NCBI GenBank assembly: GCA_963668645.2
Contig: CAXXWC010000021.1
Span: forward strand, 1,024,001 to 1,088,000
Direction of reading: 5' to 3'
DNA: 64,000 nucleotides
Origin: Desulfobacterales bacterium
GTDB taxonomy: Bacteria > Desulfobacterota > Desulfobacteria > Desulfobacterales > UBA2174
Below, piece by piece: positions 10,136-19,350 of this stretch. A program made the translations under genes and the position numbers. Below the pieces are notes generated by a model. That model made no database searches, was not told the origin of the DNA, and saw only the letters and a program-made list of their open reading frames with translations. Each line of letters begins with the position of its first letter. The first letter of the stretch is position 1.

Positions 10136-11077
10136 TCACTCGACTTTCGGTCTCGGCAGCACCCCGGCCCGCTCTGCGATTTCAGGCACCTTGTGCTCCC
10201 ATTCGATGGCCATCAGATGCACCCCGGCCACCCCGGGCATCTCCTTGAATTCCTGGATCTGCTCGATGGCAAAACGGATCCCCTCTTCGGACTGTTTGCC
10301 CTTGCCGGCCCCTTCAAGACGCTGGATCAACGCCTCGGGCACGTCCATGCCGGGCACGAACTTGGCCATGTACTTGGCCATGCGGGCGCTTTTCATCGGT
10401 GTAACCCCGGCCAGGATGGCGCATTTTTCCGTCAACCCCATGTCCACCGCCTGGCGCATGAAGGCCCGGAACCGCTCCATGTTGTAGATGCACTGGGTCT
10501 GGATGAAATCAGCCCCGGCGTCGATCTTGTTGGCCAGCCGGTGGATGCGAAACTCGGTGGGGTCCCCGAAAGGATTGCTCGCCGCGCCGATAAAGAGCCG
10601 CGGCGCCACGTCCACCTCGTCGCCGTTGGGAAACTTGCCCTCGTCGCGCATCTGTTTGACCATCGCGATGAGCTGCATCGAGTCGATGTCATAGACGTTC
10701 TTGGCCTGGGGATGGTTGCCGAAATGCTGGTGGTCTCCGCTCAGACAGAGCATGTTGCGGATCCCCAGGGCATAAGCGCCCAGAATGTCGCTCATCATCG
10801 CCAGGCGGTTGCGATCCCGGCAGACCATCTGGAAATTGGGTTCCAGCCCGTCGGCCACCATCAGCGCGCAGCTGGCCATACTCGAAAGGCGCACCACGGC
10901 GGTCTGGTTGTCGGTCACGTTGATCGCATCCACCATCTGGCGCAGATGTTCGCACTTTTCCTTGAGGTGGTCGACGTTGGCCCCCTTGGGTGGCCCGCAT
11001 TCACCGGTAAAGGCGAAATGGCCGGCCTTGAGAACCTTTTCCAGGTTGCTGCCTGCTTTCAAACCATTTGCGCTCAT
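10136..11077 (-). CDS. metF: Methylenetetrahydrofolate reductase, flavoprotein subunit
   Basis: TGECGPPKG, NVTDNQ, CRDRNR, LSGDH and IQTQ motifs; ATG at 11077 overlaps the metV stop (ATGA). Confidence 0.93.
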   Translation of the reverse strand: MSANGLKAGSNLEKVLKAGHFAFTGECGPPKGANVDHLKEKCEHLRQMVDAINVTDNQTAVVRLSSMASCALMVADGLEPNFQMVCRDRNRLAMMSDILGAYALGIRNMLCLSGDHQHFGNHPQAKNVYDIDSMQLIAMVKQMRDEGKFPNGDEVDVAPRLFIGAASNPFGDPTEFRIHRLANKIDAGADFIQTQCIYNMERFRAFMRQAVDMGLTEKCAILAGVTPMKSARMAKYMAKFVPGMDVPEALIQRLEGAGKGKQSEEGIRFAIEQIQEFKEMPGVAGVHLMAIEWEHKVPEIAERAGVLPRPKVE

Positions 11078-11742
11078 TTTACCAGTTCCTCCCTGATGCT
11101 GCGCCGGGGACCGCCGTCCCGGGATGTGCGCCAATCCTTGGCCGGACGAAAGACCCGCAGATCGGCCAGGCGACCGTTTTCCATCTTCTTGCGCACGATC
11201 TTGTCCCAGATACACTCGATCTCGGCCGAGACCTCGCACTTGCCGCTTGCACTGCCGCCGCAGGGCCCGTGGAGCAGGCTCTTGGAGCAGCGGGCGATGG
11301 GGCAAAGCCCGTCGAAAAGGTGGATCTTGCAGGCCCCGCAACCTGTGCAGCGCTCCTCCCAGACCCCGTGCTGGGTAGCCCCGCCCATGAAGCGGGTATT
11401 GACGGCCGGGAAAAAGCGCTGGCTGGGATAGGCCTCGGAAAGGAACTGGGGCCCGACCCCGCAGGCCATCGACAGGACCGCATCGTACTGGTCATAGTCG
11501 TTGCGTAGCTGTTCGACGTACTCCGGATCGCACTGGCGCTCCAGGACCCGCTCTTCCACCTCCAGGGGCCGGTCCTCCTTTTTGCGGGCGATGCGCAGGG
11601 TGGCGGCCAGAATCTGCACCTCCTTGAGGCCCCCGACGTTGCAGACGGTCACACACCCCTTGCAGCCCACCAGCAGGACTTTGCCGCAGTCTTGGACCAT
11701 CTCCAGGATTTCTTCCAACGGCTTGCGATCAGCGATAATCAT
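11074..11742 (-). CDS. metV: MetV, Fe-S/Zn subunit of methylene-THF reductase
   Basis: GCKGCVTVC, RQCD, MACGVG, CTGCGAC and CPIARCSKSLLHGPCGG; lies directly upstream of metF. Confidence 0.92.
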   Translation of the reverse strand: MIIADRKPLEEILEMVQDCGKVLLVGCKGCVTVCNVGGLKEVQILAATLRIARKKEDRPLEVEERVLERQCDPEYVEQLRNDYDQYDAVLSMACGVGPQFLSEAYPSQRFFPAVNTRFMGGATQHGVWEERCTGCGACKIHLFDGLCPIARCSKSLLHGPCGGSASGKCEVSAEIECIWDKIVRKKMENGRLADLRVFRPAKDWRTSRDGGPRRSIREELVK

Positions 11743-11771
11743 GGGTTCACCTCACTGCACGCGAATACATG

Positions 11772-12191
11772 TTAACAGATGCGCCGCACCGGGCTGGGAC
11801 CGAGCCGGCGGGTGTTTTCGGTCATCTCGGTGGCGATCTCGGCAAACCGCGGTCCCTGGGCCGAGGAGAGATTGAACATCTGAACCCGCTCCGGTTCGAT
11901 GCCCAGGTCCTTGAGGGTGCGCTGCACGTATTCCACCTTTTTACGAGTCTTGAGATTGCCTTCCAGAAAATGGCATTCCCCTTCCAGGCACCCGGCCACA
12001 TAGACCCCGTCGGCCCCCTCCTCGATGGCCCGCAGCAGGTGCAGGATATCGACTCGCCCGCTGCAGGGGACCTGAACAACCTTGACGTTGGCCGGATAGT
12101 TGAGCCGCATGGAGCCGGCCAGGTCTCCGGCCGCGTATGCACAGTACTTGCAGCAGTATGCAACGATCTGGGGTTCGAAGGTCTCGTTCAT
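11772..12191 (-). CDS. mvhD: MvhD-type [2Fe-2S] electron-transfer subunit
   Basis: YCCKYCAYAAGDLAG, VPCSGRV and GCLEGECHFLEGN. Confidence 0.95.
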   Translation of the reverse strand: MNETFEPQIVAYCCKYCAYAAGDLAGSMRLNYPANVKVVQVPCSGRVDILHLLRAIEEGADGVYVAGCLEGECHFLEGNLKTRKKVEYVQRTLKDLGIEPERVQMFNLSSAQGPRFAEIATEMTENTRRLGPSPVRRIC

Positions 12192-12243
12192 GGGTTCCTC
12201 TCTGTGTGTTCGCTAAATTGGGTCCGCGGTGCCCAGCGGCGAT

Positions 12244-15200
12244 TCAGGCGCATTCGGCAAACAGGGCCGCCGTCTTGGCGATGAGCTGCTGGTCAGTAAA
12301 GTGCTTCAGGCTGATCGCCTTGCCCGGGCACTCGGCAACACAGCAGCCGCATCCGTGGCATCCGGCCGGTTCGATGACCGCGTGTCCCTCCTGGCCGATG
12401 TAAGGAGTTCCGTAAGGACAGGTGCGCACGCAGGTCAGACAGACCGCGCAGCGCTCCGGGTCGACTTCGGCCACCACCCCACCCACCAGGATGGCGTCCT
12501 TGGACAGGATGGTCATCGCCCGTGCCACGGCCGCCTGGGCCTGGGCGATGCTCTCGTCGATGCTCTTGGGGTAATGGACCAGACCGGCCATGAAGATCCC
12601 CTCGCTGGCCATGTCCACCGGCCGCAGCTTGGCGTGGGCCTCCACCAGGAACCCTTCGGCGTTGATCGGCACTTTGAACAGTTCGAACAGGTCCTTGTTT
12701 GGGTTGGGCAGCACCGCGGTGGCCAACACCAGAAGATGCGGTTCGATACGGATCGGCCGGCCCAGGATATGGTCGCGCACCGTCAGGGCGAGCCGGTCCT
12801 GGCCCGCGGCCACCGCCGGCGGATCCTGGGGGTCGAAGCGCACGAAAATCACCCCCAGGGCGCGTGCCTCGCGATAGAGATCTTCGCGGAACCCGTAGGA
12901 GCGCACGTCCCGGTAGAGGATAAAGACGCTGCGATCGGACCGCTCCGCCTTCAAGGCGATGGCCGTCTTGAGCGAATGGGTGCAGCAGACCCGGCTGCAC
13001 GAGGGCCGCTGGTCGGTGCGCGAGCCGACGCACTGGATGAAGACCACCGTGTCGGCGGCCTCGATCCGTTCGTCGCCGGCGGTCATGGCCTCGTCCATCT
13101 CCCTGTGGGTCAGGACGTCCGGGTGCTGGCCGTAGAGATATTCGCTGGGCTTGTACTCGTGGCCGCCGGTGGCCAGGATGGTCACCCCGTGTTCGATCGC
13201 CGTGGTGGTCACCGTGACCCCGCCCCGGGCCAGGGTGGTGGTGAAGTTGCCGATAATCCCGCCCGTCTCGATGGCCTCGGTGCGCATAAAAAGCCGGATC
13301 CGCGGGTGGTTGCGCACCCGTTCGATGAGGTTTTCGAGATAGGGTTGAATCGCACCGCCGTCCCAGGCGTGGCGCAGCCAGCGGGCGTTGCCCCCCAGGT
13401 CGTCGCCGCGCTCCACCAGCACCGCGCCGAAACCCTGATCGGCGATGCCCAGGGCCGCCTCCATGCCGGCCACTCCACCGCCGATCACCAGGGCCGCCCC
13501 CTGGACCGGCATGCTCACTTGATGTAGCGGCTCGATGTAGACGGCCTTGGCCACCGCCATACGCACCAGGTCCTTGGCCTTGGCAGTGGCCTTGTCTGGA
13601 TTGTTCATGTGCACCCAGGTGTTCTGGTCGCGGATGTTGGCCATCTCGAAGAGGTACTTGTTGAGCCCTGCCTCGCGGATCGTCTCCTGGAAGAGCGGCT
13701 CGTGGGTGCGCGGCGAGCACGAAGCCACCACCACCCGGTTGATCCCGTTTTCGACGATGACCTCCTTCATCTTGTCCTGGGTGTCCTGGGAGCAGGTGAA
13801 CAGATTGTCCTCCACGTGGACCACGTGGGGCAGGGTTCGGGCGTACTCGCGCACCGCCGGCACGTCGGCCACACCGCCGATGTTGATCCCGCAGTTGCAC
13901 ACGAAAACCCCGATGCGCGGCGCCTCGGCGGAAACATCCAGCTCCGGGGGCAGCTCCTTGGTGCGCACCATGGTGTTGCGCACCCCGGCCAGCCGTCGCG
14001 AAGCCGAGGCGGCGGCGGCCGAGGCCTCCATCACCGATTGGGGGATGTCCTTGGGCCCTTGGAAGGCCCCGCAGACATAGACCCCTTCCCGGCTGGTGGC
14101 CACCGGCGCCAGGGCCTGGGTGGCGGCAAAGAGATGCCGGTTAAGATCGATGCTGAGCCGCTCGGCCAGCTCCCGGCTCTCGGCGTTGGGCGCCAGGCCC
14201 ACCGAGAGGACCACCATGTCAAAGACTTCCTCCTGCATGCGGCCGTCCTCGGTGACGTAGCGCAGCCGCAGCATATCGCCCGGCAGCGGGTCGATGGTGT
14301 GGACCCGGGCGCGGATGAAGCGCACCCCCTTTTCCTTTTCGGCCCTGGCGTAGTAGCGGTCGAAATCCTTGCCGTAGGTGCGCATGTCCATGTAAAAGAC
14401 CGCCGTGTCCAGGGGCTTGGCACTGTGCTCCTTGGCGATCACGGTCTGTTTGGCCGCGTACATGCAGCAGACCGCCGAGCAGTAGGCATGGTCGCACTTG
14501 TTGATGTCGCGCGAGCCGATGCACTGGAGCCAGGCGATCTTTTCCGGCTCCCGGTGGTCCGAGGGGCGCATCAGATGCCCCTGGTAGGGCCCCGAGGCGC
14601 TCAGGACGCGCTCGAACTCCAGGGCCGTGACCACGTTGGGGTGGTTGGCGTAGGCGTAGTATTCGTGCCGGCTAGGATCGTAGGGCGTAAAACCCGGCGC
14701 CAGAATGATGGAGCCGACTTCCACCGTCACCTTCTGCGGCTGCATGCTGTGGTCGATGGCGCCAGCCAGGCATGCGGAAACGCACTGGTAACACTCAGAA
14801 CAGATCCCGCACTTGAAGCAACGCCGGGCTTCGCTGCAGGCCTCTTCTTCGTTGTAGCCGTATGAGACCTCCAGGAAATTGCACTCCCGGGCCACAGGGT
14901 CGAGGCAGCGCACCGGGGTTCGGGGCTGGATCTTCTCTCCTTCGACATCCGGCTTTTCGAACTCCCACTGTTTGTCCCGGCCCTGGCGCAGGTCGAGTCC
15001 GTTGACGTAGCGGTGGAGGCTCTCGGCCGCCTCCTTGCCGCAGGCCACGGCATCCACCACGCTCTTGGGCCCGTAAAAGGCGTCCCCGCCGGCAAAGACC
15101 CACTCCAGCGGGGTCTGCAAGGTGACCGGATCGGCCTGCATGCCCTTGACGCGGGTCAGAACGACCCCCTGCTCGTCCAGGTATTCGGTGTCGGTGGACT

Positions 15201-16698
15201 GGCCGATGGAGATGATCACCGTATCGCCGAAAAAGGGCTGGCAAACGGCATCGTCGTACTGGGGGTTGAAGCGCCGGTTCTCGTCGAAGACCGCCGTGCA
15301 GGTCTTGAACTCGATCCCCGATACGCGGTTGCCTTTGTCGATGAAAAACTGCTTGGGCCCGAAGCTGTTGACGATCTCGATGTCGCTTTCCAGGGCCTCG
15401 ATGATCTCGTGCTCCCAGGCGGGCATCTCCTCGCGTTTTTCCAGGCAAATCATGGTGACTTTCTCGGCCCCTTTGCGCTTGGCAGTCAGGGCCACGTCCA
15501 CCGCCACGTTGCCGCCGCCAATGACCAGCACCTCCTTGCCGATTTCCACCGGCCGGCCCATGGCCACGTCGCGCAAAAAATCAACCCCCTGGAGCACCCC
15601 CGGAGCGTTTTCGTTTTCAACCCCCAGTCGCCGGCCCCCGTGCAGCCCGATGGCCATGTAGACCGCATGGTATCCGTCCGCTTTGAGGCTCTCGAAGGTT
15701 ATGTCCCTGCCGAAGGTCACCCCGGTACGGATCGTGACCCCCATCTTTTCGATGACGGCGATCTCCTGGGCCAGGATCTCGCGCGGCAGACGGTACTCGG
15801 GGATGCCCACGCGCATCATACCGCCGGCTTCGGGCAGCTTCTCGAAAACGGTGACCGGGTAGCCTTGCAGGGCCAGGAAATAGGCCGCACTCAGCCCGCT
15901 CGGCCCGGAACCGATCACGGCGATTTTTTCCTTACGCGGTTCACCGGTTTGGGGCACATGGGGCGTCTGCTGGCCGCGGTCGAAATCGGCCAGAAAACGG
16001 TGCAGCTCACGGATGGCCAACGGCTGGTCGTGGTCGCCGCGGGTGCAGGCCCCCTCGCAGGGGTGGTGACAGACCCGGCCGCAGACCCCGGGGAAAGGAT
16101 GATCCTGCTTGAACAGTTTTACCGCCTCTGCATAACGGCCGTCATTGATCAGGGCGATGTACCCCTGGATGCTCACATGGGCCGGACAGGTGGCCTTGCA
16201 CGGCGCCGTGGTGCGCTTTTCGATTGCATAGGCGCTGGGCATGCCCTGGGGATAGAGCTTGTAGGCCGCCTTGCGCTCGCGCAACCCCTCGTCGAAGAGG
16301 TTGGGCGTCTCGATGGGGCAGGCCTTGGCGCACTCGCCGCAGGCGGTGCACTTTTGCAGATCCACGTAGCGCGGGGCCTGGCGCAAGGTAACCTTGAAAC
16401 GGCCCGCCTCGCCTTCCACCGACTCGATCTGGCTCAGGGTGTGCAGATCGATATTCAGGTGCCGCCCGGCCTCCACCAGCTTGGGCGAGATGATGCACAT
16501 GGAGCAATCGTTGGTGGGAAAGGTCTTGTCCAGTTGGGCCATCACCCCGCCGATGGCCGACTTACCCTCTACCATGTGTACGAGGTAGCCCGAATCGGCC
16601 AGATCCAAAGAGGCCTGGATCCCGGCGATGCCCCCGCCGACCACCATGACCGAACCGACCACGTCCTGCTGCCCTTTTTGTGCTTTGCTCACGTCCAT
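12244..16698 (-). CDS. hdrA: Large HdrA-family flavoprotein with inserted GltD/NfnB-like NAD(P)H module (HdrL type), 1484 aa
   Basis: GGGIAG and DKTFPTNDCSMC (HdrA N-terminus); insert with APCKATCP, CGRVCHHPCE, GSGPSG and GGGNVA; QCIGSRD..CSAVCC; second HdrA half GVFVCNCG, GGGVAG, QCVGSR; several ferredoxin CxxCxxCxxxC motifs. Confidence 0.93.
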   Translation of the reverse strand: MDVSKAQKGQQDVVGSVMVVGGGIAGIQASLDLADSGYLVHMVEGKSAIGGVMAQLDKTFPTNDCSMCIISPKLVEAGRHLNIDLHTLSQIESVEGEAGRFKVTLRQAPRYVDLQKCTACGECAKACPIETPNLFDEGLRERKAAYKLYPQGMPSAYAIEKRTTAPCKATCPAHVSIQGYIALINDGRYAEAVKLFKQDHPFPGVCGRVCHHPCEGACTRGDHDQPLAIRELHRFLADFDRGQQTPHVPQTGEPRKEKIAVIGSGPSGLSAAYFLALQGYPVTVFEKLPEAGGMMRVGIPEYRLPREILAQEIAVIEKMGVTIRTGVTFGRDITFESLKADGYHAVYMAIGLHGGRRLGVENENAPGVLQGVDFLRDVAMGRPVEIGKEVLVIGGGNVAVDVALTAKRKGAEKVTMICLEKREEMPAWEHEIIEALESDIEIVNSFGPKQFFIDKGNRVSGIEFKTCTAVFDENRRFNPQYDDAVCQPFFGDTVIISIGQSTDTEYLDEQGVVLTRVKGMQADPVTLQTPLEWVFAGGDAFYGPKSVVDAVACGKEAAESLHRYVNGLDLRQGRDKQWEFEKPDVEGEKIQPRTPVRCLDPVARECNFLEVSYGYNEEEACSEARRCFKCGICSECYQCVSACLAGAIDHSMQPQKVTVEVGSIILAPGFTPYDPSRHEYYAYANHPNVVTALEFERVLSASGPYQGHLMRPSDHREPEKIAWLQCIGSRDINKCDHAYCSAVCCMYAAKQTVIAKEHSAKPLDTAVFYMDMRTYGKDFDRYYARAEKEKGVRFIRARVHTIDPLPGDMLRLRYVTEDGRMQEEVFDMVVLSVGLAPNAESRELAERLSIDLNRHLFAATQALAPVATSREGVYVCGAFQGPKDIPQSVMEASAAAASASRRLAGVRNTMVRTKELPPELDVSAEAPRIGVFVCNCGINIGGVADVPAVREYARTLPHVVHVEDNLFTCSQDTQDKMKEVIVENGINRVVVASCSPRTHEPLFQETIREAGLNKYLFEMANIRDQNTWVHMNNPDKATAKAKDLVRMAVAKAVYIEPLHQVSMPVQGAALVIGGGVAGMEAALGIADQGFGAVLVERGDDLGGNARWLRHAWDGGAIQPYLENLIERVRNHPRIRLFMRTEAIETGGIIGNFTTTLARGGVTVTTTAIEHGVTILATGGHEYKPSEYLYGQHPDVLTHREMDEAMTAGDERIEAADTVVFIQCVGSRTDQRPSCSRVCCTHSLKTAIALKAERSDRSVFILYRDVRSYGFREDLYREARALGVIFVRFDPQDPPAVAAGQDRLALTVRDHILGRPIRIEPHLLVLATAVLPNPNKDLFELFKVPINAEGFLVEAHAKLRPVDMASEGIFMAGLVHYPKSIDESIAQAQAAVARAMTILSKDAILVGGVVAEVDPERCAVCLTCVRTCPYGTPYIGQEGHAVIEPAGCHGCGCCVAECPGKAISLKHFTDQQLIAKTAALFAECA

Positions 16699-16745
16699 GG
16701 TTTCCCTCTAGCCTTGCGATGTTGGGTGTTAATGGGGCCTTGAAC

Positions 16746-17618
16746 CTATTCGAGGTGCTCGAAGAGTTCCGGCAGGTGGTCCTCCCAGCCCATGGGCGAA
16801 ATCATGACCCCTTTGAAGCCCGCTTCACGCACCGCCACGATGGTCTCCCGGGCGATGCGCAGGCTCTCCTTGGTTTTGTCCGGGCACTTTTGCAAACGAT
16901 CGATCAGATCGCCGGAAAGGTGGATGTGGGGCATGTTGCGCTGGATGTAGCGTGCCATGCCCAAAGATTTGAGCAGCATCACGGTGGGCACCAGATTCCG
17001 CTGGCGGATATCGATCTGGCCGGCAAAAGAGGCGATGGCATCGAGATCGAAGACCGGGGTAGTGACGAAAAACTCGGCGCCGGCCGCGGTGCATCGCGCC
17101 ATTTCCTCCAACTCGGCGGACAGGGCCGCTTCCCTTACCCCCACGTTGACCGTCGTTCCGCACAAGAAGCGCGGCGCGCCCTCCAACGGCGCACCGGAAA
17201 GGTCCTGGCCCCGGGCCAGAACCCCTACCGCCTCGATGAGCCCCATCAGATCCAGATCGTTGACCGCCGCTGCCTGATGATGATCGCCGAAACGCAGGTC
17301 CTCACCGGCCACGGCCATCAGGCTGGTGATCCCTCCTGCGTAAGCGGCCAGCAGATCTCCCTGAAGCGCCAGGCGGTTGCGGTCCCTGCAGCAGACCTGC
17401 ATGACCGTCTGCATCCCTTTGCTCTGGAGAATCATGGCCGTCCCCAGGGCGCTCATGCGCATCACGGCGGCCCCCATGTCCGGGATCACAAAGGCCGTGA
17501 CCCGCTCGGCAATCCGGCTGGCCACCCGCAGCATCCCGGAGATATCGACCCCCTTGGGCGGCACGAGTTCCACCAGGATGGCAAATGCACCCACGTCGAA
17601 ACGGTTTCTGAGTTCCAT
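16746..17618 (-). CDS. Second, divergent MetF-like flavoprotein
   Basis: VELVPPKG and QVCCRDRNRLALQGDL are present, but AGED and FVTTP replace GD and TQ; ATG at 17618 follows AAAGGA. Confidence 0.85.
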   Translation of the reverse strand: MELRNRFDVGAFAILVELVPPKGVDISGMLRVASRIAERVTAFVIPDMGAAVMRMSALGTAMILQSKGMQTVMQVCCRDRNRLALQGDLLAAYAGGITSLMAVAGEDLRFGDHHQAAAVNDLDLMGLIEAVGVLARGQDLSGAPLEGAPRFLCGTTVNVGVREAALSAELEEMARCTAAGAEFFVTTPVFDLDAIASFAGQIDIRQRNLVPTVMLLKSLGMARYIQRNMPHIHLSGDLIDRLQKCPDKTKESLRIARETIVAVREAGFKGVMISPMGWEDHLPELFEHLE

Positions 17619-17698
17619 GGTTCTTCCTTTTTGGCCTTGAGTCTGGGGTGGATGGAAAGGTGATCTGTCTTCGCTGTGCTTCCTGCCTGGAAAGACAG

Positions 17699-17715
17699 AG
17701 CAAGGGGCGTACCAG
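17699..17715 (-). promoter_or_regulatory. Sigma-54 (-24/-12) promoter of the metF2-hdrL-mvhD-metVF operon
   Basis: Minus strand CTGGTACGCCCCTTGCT has GG-N10-GC spacing, about 80 bp upstream of the metF2 start. Confidence 0.8.
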
Positions 17716-17814
17716 GGTTCGAATGGAGGCCGGGACGGGCGTTTTAGGCTTGATTTCAAAGGGTTTGAAAACCAGCTGACCGGGCTCTGGATCCACGAGC
17801 CGGCGAAAAGCGGG

Positions 17815-17838
17815 TGTCAAAATGCGGCCATTTTGGCA
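17815..17838. promoter_or_regulatory. Inverted repeat, candidate upstream activator site
   Basis: TGTCAAAATG-CGGC-CATTTTGGCA (10-bp arms, 1 mismatch); related CCAAAATGG copies at 17886-17911; about 100 bp from the sigma-54 promoter. Confidence 0.6.
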
Positions 17839-17929
17839 TAGCTTTCAAGAAAACCCATTGAAAATCAAAACGATATAAAATATCGTGCCAAAATGGCATG
17901 CTCCAAAATGGAAGGAGAGACGATCCGCG

Positions 17930-19300
17930 ATGCAAGATGCACGTATTCTGGTGGTGGATGACGATCCGGATTATGCCGATATCCTGGTCATGACCCTGAC
18001 CGAAGCGGGCTGCCGGCGGATCAGAATCGATACCGAACCCCTTAAAGCCGCAGCCCGTTTCGACGCCGGCGAGGGCTTCGAGCTGGTCCTGCTCGATCTG
18101 ACCATGCCGGAAATGGACGGCCTGGAACTTCTCGAATCGATCAAGAACGCCAGCCCGGCCACCGAATGCATCCTGGTCACCGCCAGCAACGAGGCGCCCA
18201 TCGCGGTGGCCTGCCTTAAAAAGGGGGCCTATGATTACCTGGTCAAACCGGTGCCGGCCGAAAAGCTCGTCGCCACGGTGCAACGGGCCCTGGAGCGCAA
18301 GCGGCTGCTCGACCTCGTCGATCTGGGCAAAAGCCGGGGATCGCTGGAATTGCGGCAGGCCGGGGCCTTCCGGCCCATCCTGACCCGTTCGGCCGCCATG
18401 CAGCGCCTGCTCAAGGAGGCAGAACTGCATGCGGCCAGCGACGTGCCGATCCTGATTACCGGAGAAAGCGGTACAGGCAAGGACCTGCTGGCCACCGCGA
18501 TCCACAAGGCCAGTCCACGCGCCGGTCAACGCTACACGGCGGTCAACATGGCGGCCCTGACCCCCAGCCTCTTTGACGCCGAGTTTTTCGGTCACACCCG
18601 GGGGGCCTTTACCGGCGCCCAAAAAGATCGTATCGGCTACCTCGAATACAGCGCCGGCGGCACCCTTTTTCTCGACGAAATCGGCATCCTGCCCTCGGGG
18701 CTGCAAGGCAAACTGCTGCGTGTGCTCCAGGACGGCGAGTACGTCAAGCTGGGGGAAAACCGTCGGCGCAAGGCCGACGTGCGCATCATCGCCGCCACCA
18801 ACGAGGACCTGGAACGGCTGATGAACCGCGGCCTGTTTCGCAAAGACCTCTTTTACCGGCTGCGCGGCGGCTGGCTCCACCTGCCGCCTTTGCGGCGGCG
18901 GCCGGAGGACATCCCCATGCTAGCCGAACACTTCCTGCGCAGCTGGTGTCCCGACAGCACCTGCGGCATCGCGGCCCAGGCCATGGAAGCCCTTTGCCGC
19001 TATCCTTTTCCCGGCAACGTGCGCGAGCTTCAGGCCGCGATCCAGTCGGCTGCCAACCTGGCCCGGGGTACGAGGCTGGCCCTGAAGCACCTGCCCGAAC
19101 CGTTGCGCAACCTCCGGCAACCCCCGGATGAACGCGCTGCCGGGCCGAAGGTTTCCCTCCCGCCCCTGGCGGCGGTCGAAAAGGAACACATTCTCAGAGT
19201 CTACCAAGCGTTGGGAGACAACAAGGCCCGCACGGCGGCTGTTTTGGGAATCGGCCTGAACACGCTGCGGCGCAAGCTGGCCCTCTACGGAGTGCAGTGA
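17930..19300 (+). CDS. NtrC-family sigma-54-dependent response regulator
   Basis: REC (VVDDD, LLDLTMP), GESGTGK, GAFTGA, LFLDEIG, FPGNVREL and Fis-type HTH. Confidence 0.95.
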   Translation: MQDARILVVDDDPDYADILVMTLTEAGCRRIRIDTEPLKAAARFDAGEGFELVLLDLTMPEMDGLELLESIKNASPATECILVTASNEAPIAVACLKKGAYDYLVKPVPAEKLVATVQRALERKRLLDLVDLGKSRGSLELRQAGAFRPILTRSAAMQRLLKEAELHAASDVPILITGESGTGKDLLATAIHKASPRAGQRYTAVNMAALTPSLFDAEFFGHTRGAFTGAQKDRIGYLEYSAGGTLFLDEIGILPSGLQGKLLRVLQDGEYVKLGENRRRKADVRIIAATNEDLERLMNRGLFRKDLFYRLRGGWLHLPPLRRRPEDIPMLAEHFLRSWCPDSTCGIAAQAMEALCRYPFPGNVRELQAAIQSAANLARGTRLALKHLPEPLRNLRQPPDERAAGPKVSLPPLAAVEKEHILRVYQALGDNKARTAAVLGIGLNTLRRKLALYGVQ

Positions 19301-19350
19301 CCTGCAAATTTTCACGTACTTATCAGCGTGATTAGTGGAAAGGAGCCTCG

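Noticed and set aside
11772..16698. Possible selenocysteine (in-frame TGA) in HdrA or MvhD, as seen in some relatives
   Set aside because: Both frames are uninterrupted and the relevant positions are Cys codons (NDCSMC, CCKYC, GECHF)
17875..17891. TTGGCACG on the minus strand as the operon's sigma-54 promoter
   Set aside because: The -12 position reads TA instead of GC; a better site exists at 17699-17715 and this one overlaps the repeated activator-like motif
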